The translations under genes were made by a program, and so were the position numbers. A stretch of 64,000 nt of DNA. Source: Octopus sinensis. Taxonomy: Eukaryota. Below, piece by piece: positions 37,321-49,704 of this stretch; the stretch's first letter is position 1, and every line of letters starts with the position of its first letter. The notes beneath the pieces were generated by a model. The model ran no database searches and had not been told where the DNA came from. It saw only the letters and a list, made by a program, of their open reading frames with translations. Where the stretch lies: NCBI RefSeq assembly GCF_006345805.1, contig NC_042998.1, positions 177,940,001 through 178,004,000 on the forward strand, given 5' to 3'.

Positions 37321-39484
37321 TCGTATTGGAGCTTCCGGTGCGAATGCCAAGCAGTATAGCATGTCGTTTTCAAATTTGTGGCAGAGTGAATTGTGTCAAA
37401 GTACTGTTTCTCTTATAGACGGTGCCCAACTGACCCTACTATACTGTGTTGTCGACAAAATCAAAAACAAACAAAATGCATACACGAAATTCAAAATATA
37501 AAATGGCGACAATTTACTTATCACACCTATATATATGTTTATACACACTCATACACACACACACACCCACACTCACAGATATAAAAATATAATACTGTAA
37601 TACTCGTAAATGTGCTTGCACATAGAAGTGGTTGTGCACGTGAATGTGTCTAAAATTTAGATTCGTAACCCTCCAATACGACTTCATTTGAAACCTAACA
37701 AATGAACATCTAGAAAGATAAATACAATTAGTAACATCATTAACGTCATCATCGATCATATTAAGGTCGGATCACATGTGATGTTGGTATACAAGAATGT
37801 CATAGAAATTCAGTTACTTAAGTTGTGTAAACCAATGCTAAATTAATTAAGGCAATTATTGGCAAGTCCCGACGGTTTCCCTTTGTTATATCCTCTTTTG
37901 TGGTTCTTTTATTTAACTATCTACAATTTTATTTGTCTGCATACTCTCATTTAAGCACGAGAAACATCGCTGACATCAACGAGAATTAACGAATGCTATC
38001 ATTTCGTGACAAGATATAAATTATCCCGATCAACAATAACCAGGACTTAATATTTTATGCAATAGGAGCTTTATAAATGACATAAAACTAATGCTTTCTA
38101 AATGTAGTTGAATTTTAGATTTTTAAAAGCATAGACCTTCATTATTATCGATTTCTTTGAGTGTATAGATTGCTATACATTATACACATGTAGAGGTAGG
38201 GATATTATTTATTCGTAAAAATATGTTAGGCTCATTATGTGCTGAATCTTCGAAAATGGCATCTTCTCCAAATGAGATATGTAGATTCCTTCCCAAAGGG
38301 TCCCTTGATTTCCGGTCAATATTGACACCTATAGAAAAGATAACTTCCATTCAGCTGACTTCTCCATTCGCACTGCATAAACATGGAAGCTTAATTTTTT
38401 GATTCATCGAACTAATTAAAAAATTCTTGGCAATGATGTAGAGACGGATACTGTTGAGAAAACTATACAATTCAGTTTCGATCACCATTTGGGGTTAATT
38501 TCCTGTGTTTACATTGTAAATGATTTAGAGAATGGCCTGAATGTGACGTTCCATCCTCAGTTCACTCACTTAAATCAACATTCATGTTTCAACAGCGGAT
38601 ACAACTACAATGAATGCATAGATATAAATGCTCCGGAAGCAATGCTTCTACGACGTTAACAACTACAACTTTAGCAACTACGTTGTTCATGACAGTTGTT
38701 GTGTGTAAAACAAACAATATAAACAATTGCGATAAGAATAATACTATAAATCCGAATAACACTGGTAAGAAGTGAGCAACTACGTTATTGGCAGAAGATC
38801 TCGCAATGACTAGAGCAGTGATTAATGTGATAACAGCAATAAGAGAAGAAATAGCAACAGAGGCAATGAACAGAAAGAGACACCCACTAAGATAGAGCGC
38901 AAGCATTAATTTTATTGTAAAAAACTTAGACCACTATTGAATGTTTAATATAACTGTTTATATACTGACGTGTCTAAGACTAATACAAGCATCCTGTTTG
39001 AGAGTGATCTAAATTAAAAGCTCCCATGTTGATTTATGTTCCAAACACCAATTGATTTATTCAATTTTCATTAATATAGTAAATTAATTGAAACAAGCAC
39101 TATATTCAACAGAAATATGGCAGTGATCGGCTCAATGTTACAGGCTTGTTTTGATTAAATGTGAAACTGATAATAAAGTAAAGTTTGCATCGTAAGTAAT
39201 TGAAACTAAACAGAAACGAGTGGTTGTAGCGAGTTGGCTAAAGAGGAATACAAGGAGGCTAAGTAGATTTAGTACAAACTGTCAGACAACCATAACATTC
39301 TAAACGAAAGCAGTAAAGAAGACATTTATATCAACACAAATCAACAACATGAATAAAAGAGTTTGTTAAGTTGATTTGTTCTAATACAGGTAAATAGAGA
39401 TAAGCGACAAAAAAAAGGCGTTAATGTAAATTATTTACATTGTACCAGATTTCATTAATAGAGGAAATTTTAACTCCACTTGCA

Positions 39485-39890
39485 GAAGACCCGTTGATAT
39501 AGAGCACAAGCAAAAGACCCGTTGATATAGAGCACAAGCAAAAGACCCGTTGGTATAGAGCACAAGCAAAAGACACGTTGATATAGAGCACAAGCAAAAG
39601 ACCCGTTGATATAGAGCACAAGAAAAAGACCCGTTGGTATAGAGCACAAGCAAAAGACCCGTTGGTATAGATCACAAACAGAAGACCCGTTGATATAGAG
39701 CACAAGCAGAAGACCCGTTGGTATAGAGCACAAGCAGACGACCTGTTGATATAGAGCACAAGCAGAAGACCCGTTGGTATAGAGCACAAGCAGACGACCC
39801 GTTGATATAGAGCACAAGCAGAAGACCCGTTGATATAGAGCACAAGCAGAGACCCGTTGATATAGAGCACAAGCAGACGACCCGTTGATA
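39485..39890. repeat. 28-bp minisatellite, about 14 copies (GAAGACCCGTTGATATAGAGCACAAGCA)
   Basis: The 28-nt period is read directly. Variant sites g/a, a/c and a/g; one 27-nt unit. Confidence 0.95.
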
Positions 39891-40949
39891 TAATACGTTA
39901 CTGAGACAAAAGGAATATCAATATTGAATATTCAGCTCCGTAACGGAATTTCAGTTTCGATGAATATCTGAAGTCTAATGGAAATAGGATTGGTAAATAG
40001 TTTAGGGAAAGGTTAACCTCCTGAACCACAAGGCCAAAATATTTTTCGACCCGGATGGGAGTAAATAAAGAGAATAATAAAGAGGAGTCAAGAAAGAAGA
40101 GAAGAATATATATTTTGAACAATTACACGTGACTTAGGTCGAGAAGCATAATCTCGATTTCACAGTCGGCTGAAGCTGCAAATTACAATTGATGGTTAAA
40201 CACTAAGTATCTGGAGCGGGGAATCAAAAAGGGTACGAACAATACCGCTAAAGCAGCCAAGTCACTGGTACTACCAGTTATAAAGGGTTAAGTTCTTTCC
40301 ACAGATATGTTTTTGCTCCCATTTCCTTTTGATACGGGAACAAATGAGTTTTTAGTATTTGTATGTATAATAATATAATAATAATAATGAAATTATTGTA
40401 AACAGTGCTCAGGTGCACCACAACAATTTGCCTTTATATTATCATGCGATAGTTATGCTTTTGCTATTGAATCGATGTTTGAATGATTTTAGTTTGATTT
40501 ACAAAGATATGTTCGATGATATAATTATAAAACATTTTGTGATCAACAGTTAAGTAGACATTCTTCCTCTGACTGAATGACGAAAAAGAAACTACTTTTC
40601 GATTGGTCAGTCGGATTTGAGGTGGTAATAGAGAGATTTCAAAGAAAAAAAAAAGAAGGAAAAAGAAAAAAGACTCGCCCTTTAATTTAGAAGCCCCTTT
40701 TTTCGACCGTCGTCACATCCTGTCATCTTTGATGTAAATGGCAGCCAATTTGAGCGCCATGAGTCTGGTGCCAGCTCACGAACAATGGAGGTTGTATGAG
40801 TCAAGTTCCTTCAATACGAGACATTTCTGTGAATGCTCTGTATAGTAGTTTTTTGCTTTTACTAACTGAAATTTAAAACGATATCATAACTCAATTCTCA
40901 GCAGTGTTGTTATCGTAGAGAACGAATCACAATGTCGGATAGCGACATG

Positions 40950-41830
40950 ATCACCAGATATAGTAGTTAGCTGCGTCCTTCTTGACCTATAACCAACTCT
41001 AGACTAAACAGCGGCATGCTAGTAGGAAAGATGATAGAGCGGGAGACACCGTTGTCTCTTAGAAAAACTCTTACAACACAATGTAGAGTAAAGTCTTTTC
41101 TTGGAAAGTCTAAGTAAAAAATGCCAATTAGGTGACCGGTACCAAGAAAATCTCTAATAACAACAAAATGGCCAGATTAAATACTACATCAGTCTTCACA
41201 CAGGGTTAACAGGGGATGCGTTCGAAAAATATATATTGGGGTCCGTTCGAAAAATATATTGCAGTTTCAACCCAATGTTGGGGAGGCCAATGTTTCAAGG
41301 AGACTTGTGGTGGTAGATGCATAACAGTTACATGACTTGGGATCCCAAAACGAGTCCAGAAGAGAAGGGCCGTTATTAATTGGCAACAGGAACGTTACAG
41401 TCCTTACAGGTAAGGAACAAGAACTAGGGAGGGAGAGACCAAATGTTACCAGCTAGATACAGTCAGGGGTTCTTCTATAAAGTTCCGTGGATTTGAAGAA
41501 AGAGTCAAAACTCCGTTATTCATCCAACTAAGACTGCACATACGGTAATGAACATACTTAGATGTCTCCGGTTGTCGGAGTTTGTTATGAAACGGATCCC
41601 GGCGCTTGTGCAGTAATGCGCCAGTTTCAGCACTCGGTTACCAGAAGAAGGGAAGTAGGTAAGCAAGTCAAACTCACTATCTTCAGTTCAGTTTTTGCGC
41701 GTGCCTTTATGATAATCTTTGGTAGTGAACCGAAAAAAGTACAATCGCGAATACAAGCGGCTGATCTGGGGTTCCATCGATGGGTCACTGAAGTAACGCT
41801 ACCCGATTAATAGACGGATTTTTACACGAT
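40950..41830 (+). mobile_element. Highly decayed RTE (Rex3/Expander-like) RT fragment
   Basis: SRIQAADLGFHRWVTEVTLPD resembles RIQAAEMGFLRRV.GVTL.D. Traces of a QG motif and FKYIG upstream. Confidence 0.5.
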
Positions 41831-42462
41831 GTAGAATTGTGTGAATGAATCGGATAGTAACGAGGTAAAAGTTTGTAGAATTTTGAAGGCACTTCTCTCT
41901 GAATAAGCTGATAGTAATCGAAGAGGAACAACTTCTGGGTACTAAATGTCACTACTCTGTTCTATTCGTATGTCGAGCGAAAATGATGCCACCTTTATTC
42001 TTTCTTTCTTTCTAGTCAGCACTGTGCATTGCTTACTCTTTCTCCCCTTCTACACTACTAACTAGCAACCAGCCAGCGAACTTGTCACTGTCACTACAAT
42101 TACCATATTTTCCAGTGTATAAGCCGTTATTTGTTTTGTTTTACCTTCATGTTTCCATAATGTTATTTTTAATCTAATAAAAACTTTTATATTGACGAAA
42201 TGTATTTGTTGTTGATTATAGTAAGATAAAATCATGACAATAATAATACATCTCATAGTTGTAAAATAAGTCATTTTGAAACTACATACACGCCAACAAC
42301 AAAAAAGCTAGCTGCGGACTCGTAGCTCCATGGGTCTTTTAAACACTGGTGCGCTTATGTGTGGATAAAACACCGATGTCGGGTAAACGAATAAATATTT
42401 ATAAATAATATTTCTTTCTTCTTGGTGTTGATTCTTCGATGTTTACTGGTTACTCCGACATG

Positions 42463-42835
42463 AGAACAAAAAAAAAAAGCGTGTAATATGTTGTAAACAA
42501 AGTCTGTAACACAGGCAGTAAACAAAAAAATAAAATAGAAGAGTGGTGACATTTAGTAGAGATGACCCGGAAGTTGTTCCTCTTCGATTACTATCGCAAA
42601 CAGAAGTAGCTTTCTTCAACTGAACACACGTCATTGATTGGTTGAAATTATGCAAATATGACAACTTTAACTCGAAATAACATCGAAAATACCAAATTTT
42701 GTCAAAAATGTTCATAGAACAATTTCCGGGTCATCTCTACTAAATGTCACCACTCTTCTATTTTATTTTATTTTCTGTTTACTGCCTGTGTTACAGACTT
42801 TGTTTACTGCATATTACACGCTTTTTTTTTGTTCT
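42463..42835. mobile_element. MITE-like element with about 117-bp inverted arms
   Basis: 42463-42579 is a near-perfect reverse complement of 42717-42835. A related fragment lies at about 41908-41957. Confidence 0.8.
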
Positions 42836-43011
42836 ACGAGAGACATTCCACCAGTATACGAAGTTTCAAACTGTTTAGTTAAAAAAAATTAATTAAAATA
42901 TCTGTGAACCAAATTGAACAGATCCTAAAACACTTGTAATGCCAAGGTCGCTATTACACTCCTCCTCTTCCTACCTTCTTCTTCTCTTCTTTCTCCTCCT
43001 CCTCTAACTTA

Positions 43012-43625
43012 AATAACTATTTCAAATTTTTACCACAAGGGCAGCTTGGGGAATGTGGGGAGGAGTCGATTACATTGACTCCACTGTTCAACTGGTACTT
43101 ATTTCATCGACCCCGAAAAGATGAAAGGTAAAGTCAACCTCCGAATTTGAACTCGCACCGTAGCGACGGGCGAAATACTGCTAATACGTCAGTGCACTCA
43201 CGATTCTTATTTCTTTATTGCCCACAAGGGGCTAAATATAGATGGGACGAACAAGGACAAACAAACGGATTAAGTCGATTATATCGACCCCAGTGCGTAA
43301 CTGGTACTTATTTGATCGACCCCCGAAAGGATGAAAGGCAAAGTCGACCTCGGCGGAATTTGAACTTAGAATGTAACGGCAGACGAAATACCTATTTCTT
43401 TATTACCCACAAGGGGCTAAACACAGAGGGGACGAACAAGGACAGACAAGCGGATTAAGTCGATTATATCGCCCCCAGTGCGTAACTGGTACTTATTTAA
43501 TCGACCCCCGAAAGGATGAAAGACAAAGTCGACCTCGGCGGAATTTGAACTCAGAACTTAACGGCAGACGAAATACCGCTAAGCACTTCGCCCGGCTTGC
43601 TAACGATTCTGCCAGCTCGCCGCCT
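43012..43625 (-). mobile_element. Three head-to-tail SINE family B units
   Basis: Full unit 43393-43625, 5'-truncated unit 43208-43392, and an older unit about 43012-43200. Confidence 0.88.
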
Positions 43626-43771
43626 TCTCCAACTTAATAAATAACGAAAGCTAATCACATGTGCAGTTAGTTATGGTAGACAGAGTGAGTAATCACACGC
43701 GCGCACACACACACGAATATGTGTATGTATATACGTGTATACACACGCGCACGCAACGCACACACACTAAC

Positions 43772-43849
<78 letters not shown>

Positions 43850-45108
43850 GCGCGCACACACGCATATATGCATACATACACACATACACATATGATACTT
43901 GGGATATTGCTATGGATCACGCTCAGGTATAACTTCTCATTAGATAAAAGTTATTAACGTATCTGTGGGCTTCCTTCCCGAACACGTAATGACAGCATGT
44001 AAACTCTTTATGAAATATGCTGCACTATAAATTTCCGTGTGTCAAGAAAGACATGCTATTGACACATATATATTTGTACGTGCGTGTGTGAAACCCCCTT
44101 GCTCTGCTCACTGGATAAACACTCAGAACTGAAACTTAACCTTTAGTATAAGTTAATATCGGCGTAATATAATAAAATACTCAAATGCTTTGAATTTTTT
44201 TAATTCTATAAAAATTTGTAATGTAGCGATGTTGCTATGTTATACCACGACTTCTATTGAAAATATTTGCACTGAATAATTAAATCAACGAGACTTTCAT
44301 GTCAAAACATAATTTTTCTTAGTTTTATCACAATGTTACTTTTAATATTATATTTTCATATAGAACATCGCGTAATTCAGAATTCCTGAACAAATACATG
44401 GTGTACATAACTCTTCACTTATTTATTTGAAAGCTTTAATTGTGGAGATTGAAATGATGTGAAAATAATTTATTATTCTCTTTAGTAAAGTGATAAATAT
44501 TCTGGAAATTGTTCGTAGATTCAAAGCTAAATTCAAAGCATAAATTCAAATTTCTACTGTTAGCCGAAAGAAAGTGGTACGCCTTATCAATTGAAGGACA
44601 ACCAGAAACAAATATGAAAGAAGATTCCTAATTATTTTCCTCAATTTCACAGTTGACTACCTTGTGCATGTTTTAGAGAATGGATTACGCTGTGTTTTCG
44701 ATAGATATATATATAATTTACTACGCATTATATGCAAATCCCCCACGGCTGTTAATATCTTTTTACAGAACTGTAAGAAGATGGCTATTTTTCTGTTTAC
44801 TTAAAAGAACTGTATGATGTTTTCATATATTCTCAATCTTCACAGCTAAAGGCTGGCTTTCAAATAACAGCTGAGTTATCTATACTATAAATAATATTTT
44901 TGCTGATATGAGTTCCTTTTTTTAGCACATGTAGATAATATTTCATGCTGGTTTATTTGTGTCGCTTCTATTTGCATCAATCAGTCTTTCTTTTAATGAA
45001 AACTCTATGAATTAGTAATAAGTCAAAAATTCTTTTGTTAGAAAGCATTTTTCTTCACAGTCCTATATTCTTCAGAGTGGAAAACTTATTTCAAGGATAA
45101 TTTTTTTC

Positions 45109-45415
45109 TAAGAAACACACAAAAGCCGTTCGATTCACTTCAACATTTAAGTTTAATTTGTCAAAATATTTTCGTCGCTTTAAGATCGCGACCTGTTCAC
45201 TAATAAAAATCCGTGCTGCATCTCAGTGAACAGGTCGCGATCTTAAGCGACGAAAATATTTTGACAAATTAAACTTAAATGTTGAAGTGAATCGAACGGC
45301 TTTTGTGTGTTTCTTAAATGGCTTACAAACACCTTCCACACTGCAATTGTTTTCGTTTCAGCACACGATCTCAGATCAAATCACTTGCTATGCAAGTACA
45401 TCTCTGTAATTTTTT
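45109..45415. mobile_element. Foldback insertion: 93/92-bp inverted arms (45109-45201, 45225-45316), with the right copy continuing
   Basis: The arms differ by a single T and enclose a 23-nt spacer. Confidence 0.92.
45157..45207 (-). ncRNA. Hammerhead-like motif with G3-C8 swapped core (mirror copy 45223-45268, +)
   Basis: TTTATTA-GTGAACA-G-GTCGC-GATCTTAAA-GCGAC-GAAA-ATAT-TT-TGACAAA. 5-bp stem II, palindromic AATATT stem III, 6 of 7 pairs in stem I. Confidence 0.55.
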
Positions 45416-45559
45416 ATCTAGGCAACTGAATTACAGTCTTCTAGCATATCACTTCCCTTTCTTATAGTAATTGTTTTATCTTTTCCATACACTGTCTGTT
45501 TTACTTCCTATGTAATCCGCATTTATCCTCCTTAAATCATTCCAGTCTAATATAACATA

Positions 45560-45775
45560 CTAGGGTTGCTGGAAAGTTCCTGGCTTTGGGTAAAAGAAAA
45601 TACAGGAAAATCAGTTAATTATGATTTTATCCAGCATATTCCCCTCTCAGATTCACACACTTATTGCAGCGGTCCTTCGGCTTTTCTAAGCCCTATGAAA
45701 GAACTCAGAAGGTTGGACCTTCAACCAGGCCTTTTGCGATATCCTAAAAGCTAGGTGCTTTTCAGCACCCCCTCG
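45560..45775 (+). mobile_element. Mariner-derived MITE
   Basis: TA-flanked TIRs C(T/G)AGGG.TGCTG.AAAG..CCT.GCTTT. Confidence 0.8.
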
Positions 45776-45928
45776 TAATCTTTGATGCTAATATTTATTT
45801 TACTTCACTGTAGTATTTCTGAAATACCATCGGCATAAAGTTTTCATCTAAGTTCCTTTAGATTCAATGATTTATATATACATTTCAACCATTAATTGTT
45901 AAGTATAAATTCGTTTTCTTTCTTTGTG

Positions 45929-45985
<57 letters not shown>

Positions 45986-45994
45986 TATATATTA

Positions 45995-46262
45995 TATAAA
46001 ATCGTTCTGTGTGTGTGTGTTTTCTAGGATCTCGGGCATCCTCCATCCGATTGCGCTCAAATTTGATATGTAGATACCGACTATATCAGGGCGTGTATAA
46101 ATCTTGAAAAAATTACGAAAATCGATTCCAGGTGAGAATGTGATCGATAAAGCTATGGGAACGTGCATTTGTACGCGCAAGTACATCAGCTGTTGCGATC
46201 GATACTATGCGTACGCAAGAAAAATGCACGTGCAGTTTGCGCAAAAAAGCCGGCTGGCTTGA
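45995..46262 (-). mobile_element. Possible Helentron/DINE-like non-autonomous element
   Basis: Minus strand ends CAAATTTGAGCGCAATCGGATG...(CA)n...GATTTTATA, an architecture typical of such elements. Confidence 0.4.
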
Positions 46263-46780
46263 AATAATTATTTTGCCGGTCATAAAGAAACGAAGAATAT
46301 TCGAAGAGCCATTCTTCTTAGGAAAGAAAAAAGAGCAACAAATAAAAAATAAAAAGATTGTGTTAAAACAAACAAAAATGAAAAAAAAAATGAACGAAAA
46401 AGAAAAAGAAAGAAAGGAAACTAAAAAGAAAGCAGAGGTGAAAACACTTGTTCCATACCTTCTTATACAGACTGCAATGAATAAAATACAAATGGATATG
46501 AAAATTTGAAATAATGATGTATTGATAAATGTATTATTTCCTATCTCAGGATCAAACTCTTCACTTTGTTTATCCAGAAATGATATTTTTTATAACGATA
46601 TCTCTGGCTTTTACATAGTTCATGTTGATATTCTTTATATAAATTCGTATACACCTATGGACATACACATACACATACGTTCATACTTATGTATGTATAT
46701 ATATGTAAATATATAAGAATTTTTTGCGTAATAAGATAAAAAACCAAGGCTGTATAGATATTAGAGCATTTATAGATAGA

Positions 46781-46832
46781 AGATCTTACAGCTGTTTCTA
46801 GGATATTAATAAATATCTCTTCATCGGAGCCG
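46781..46832 (-). ncRNA. Hammerhead-like motif, family C
   Basis: CGGCT-CCGATGA-AGAGATATT-TATT-AATATCCT-A-GAAA-CAGCTG-TA-AGATC. Palindromic ACAGCTGT stem III, GUA triplet, U4C change. Confidence 0.55.
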
Positions 46833-47878
46833 GTGTGAGAGGAAAAGTCATAGTTAGTTTCGATGTGATACAAAAAGGGAGTGAGGTGGAGGAAAGAAAT
46901 AGATGTAAGATATGTGTGGGTATTGAATTTGTAAATCCATTTTATAGGCATAATGGTATATATGCAATATTCCAATATCCTTTGAGTAAAATCCAAAAGT
47001 CCAACAGAGTTTAATATGAGTCCTTCCAAATATAGAGTTTGTAAGCAATGTAAGATTCCCTTATGATTGAGATCCAGCAGATTTTTAAACTTGGTCATTC
47101 CCAGTAGGGAATTTATATATACTGTTGGAGAGTCAAGGTTTGTATTTAAAATGACCTAGAAATAGGGAGTGTATTAGATTGGTTAAATTGAAAACAAGAA
47201 GAGAGGAATGAAATAAAAAGAAAAGAAAGAAAAAAAGGGAAGAGAAAGAGAAAAAAGAGGAGAGAAAGAAAGAATGAAAGAGAAAGGAGAGAGAAGATTA
47301 GTAAAAATAACAAAATAATGAAAAATAAAGTATAAAAACCCTGAAGATATGAATAAAGGGAATAAAGAAAAAAGAAAAAAGAAAAATTAAGATATAGATT
47401 AGTCAGTGGTCAGTGGAGATATTTTGAAAATAGGAGTGGGGATAGAGAAAGGTATTATAGTGTAAAAGATAGAGGAATGGGGTGTTAAGAGGTAGAGGAA
47501 GGACCAATGCGTAGTAGTGGCTTCTAATCGGGAGGCAAATATATGAAGAATTAAGGAAATATCAGTGTTTAGTAGTTTGAGAAAAATATATATGAAGATG
47601 TATATACATGTACATATCAGATAATTTACATATACAATCCTTATTCGCATGCGCATGCCCTCATATACGCTCACTTATATGCTCATCTGCATATACCTTG
47701 CATGTGTGCATGTTTACATATACCCACATGTATGCATATATGCATACCCTCATTCGTACATATATACGCGCGCATGGGTGTGTGCGCGTATATACGAATA
47801 TAATCAGATGGTTGTATGTGTGAGAAACTAGATAGGGATTATGAGTTAGATTGAAAATTTATAGGTTAATGGGATTAC

Positions 47879-48438
47879 CTAAGAATTATTGCGGAAAAGT
47901 ACTGTATGGTCATTCTGGCATTTGGATTTGTGGTAGAATTTAAATGTGTGATAAAAGCGGTGGTTGCATGTGCTTAGTGCCTCGTTATGTTTATTAAGTA
48001 GTGTTGGAGATTTGTGCTTTAATATTTGGAGTGCCTCCTTCGGGCAAAGCTTGCAGATCGAGCGTTGACCTCAGTAGGGAAGTCCTGAGTCCAGTATGGA
48101 CCATGATAGAGTATAGGGTATATTTGCATTTTTGAGATGATGTATGTGGTTGGCGAGTGTTGTAGATTTACTATGTTTATCGCATCTAAAAGAGTGGAGG
48201 TGAGTGGCATATCGTTGCTTAAAGTTTATTGTTGATCCTATATATATGGCTGAAGAGTTATATAATAGGTTAAGGACCGTCCATTTGTAGATTACATTAT
48301 ATCTTCTGCAATGGCTTTGTAACGGGCAGGTGGTTCCAGGACAGCAATTACAATTAGGTGAATTTTGAGGACCGTGTTCGGTAAAAGAGGAGGTAGTATC
48401 ATCAGAAGAGAGGTTATAGAAGGGGGTGAAAATTTCTA

Positions 48439-48498
<60 letters not shown>

Positions 48499-48660
48499 CA
48501 TCATCACCATCATCATCATCACTACTAACGTTATCATTACTACTATTGTTACTGTTACTTCTGCTATTTGTCAGGGTATTAGAGATTGTGGGGGTGTTCC
48601 GGGAAGTGTCAGTAGAATGGGTTGGGTGGGTTGTGGTTGTGGGTGTCCTAATGTAAGGTA
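47879..48660 (-). pseudogene. GIY-YIG endonuclease frame of the PLE, missed by the ORF track (no ATG; single TGA at 48071-48073)
   Basis: Manual translation is continuous in one frame from 48660 to TAG 47879-47881, apart from one TGA. Confidence 0.85.
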
Positions 48661-49672
48661 TCTATTCTAGATATGTATGTGTGTTGATTAAATAATCAAC
48701 ACACATACATGCGTGAGTTTTGATAGGAAAGAGAGAGCTTTTGCTCATTCGAGGCTGCTACAATAGATTCAAAATTAGGTGAGTTTGAATAAGATAGTTT
48801 CAGGGTGGATCTATTAAAAATAGAATGATATTTATGTTGTCGAGGGAAATTAGAGTCTAGTATTCTAAAGAAGGATTTAGCTAAGTTCTTAAAGTCACCT
48901 AATATTACTATGGTGTGAGACGTCCCAAGAAACTTCTCCAGACCTCAAAAAAAAAAAAAAAATTAAACTCATCATATTCCAGAAAAATATCAAAATCGCC
49001 TATCCTTTTGCGTTCATCAAATGCCACTAGTTAATATAATTATTTTGTCAAGTAACTTAGATGCTAAGGTATGTATATAAGGCCGTGAATTCGAATACTG
49101 AACAAGGCAGGGTGTTGTGTCCTTGAGTAAAGCATTTCATTTCACTTTGCTCGAGTCTACTCGGCTGAAAATAAGAACCAACTGGGTGTAGGGCTATCTT
49201 CCCTCTTTCAAGCTGATACATGTTCTTTTCAACTTGTTCATTGGACTGCAACTCTTTCTTAGCCTTTAATATCAATATCAGAATACATTTCAATCTAGCA
49301 TTTCGTCCACCAAATTTAACTCACAAAGTACTTGGCAATGAAGAATACAGCAGAAGGTACGTTCCCAAGATACGACACAATAGAATGGAACGTGAAACCT
49401 TATGGACGTGAAGGGAACTTCTTATCCACATACACATACCTACGACTTTGTGCATATTGATTTGTTCATTTATTTTAAATCACGATATTTCACTGTGGAC
49501 ACACACACACACATACACACGAACACACACACACTCACATACACACATCACTTAATGCTGTATATATATATATATATATATATATAAATATATGGTTTAA
49601 TAAAGTATGTGATTGAGTATTATCTGGTAATTGATATTTGATTTAGATGTATTTCTCTATTTTCTTATCTTG

Positions 49673-49704
<32 letters not shown>

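Larger units (their letters stand above)
46750..48930 (-). mobile_element. Penelope-like element 3' part (RT C-terminus, linker, GIY-YIG endonuclease, pLTR with hammerhead), Hydra-clade-like
   Basis: NLAKSFFRILDSNFPRQHKYHSIFNRSTLKLSYSNSPN, then an Asn/Asp-rich linker, then CNCCPGTTCPLQSHC...VIY...IYIGSTINFKQRYATHLHSF...TTLANHI..LK...W.I...Y*...CKLC..EA...LLNK..E...C.H. Confidence 0.85.

Noticed and set aside
38589-38906. Hydrophobic 105-aa ORF resembling a membrane protein
   Set aside because: It is the antisense of decayed AAC/AAT/AGC low-complexity sequence, with no family motif or splice context.
39421-39872. Repetitive Cys-rich ORFs in three frames; CRISPR-like appearance
   Set aside because: All derive from a 28-bp tandem repeat without spacers.
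46655-47098. 147-aa minus-strand ORF
   Set aside because: It has no recognisable motif and overlaps the PLE terminal region and hammerhead, so it is probably a chance ORF.
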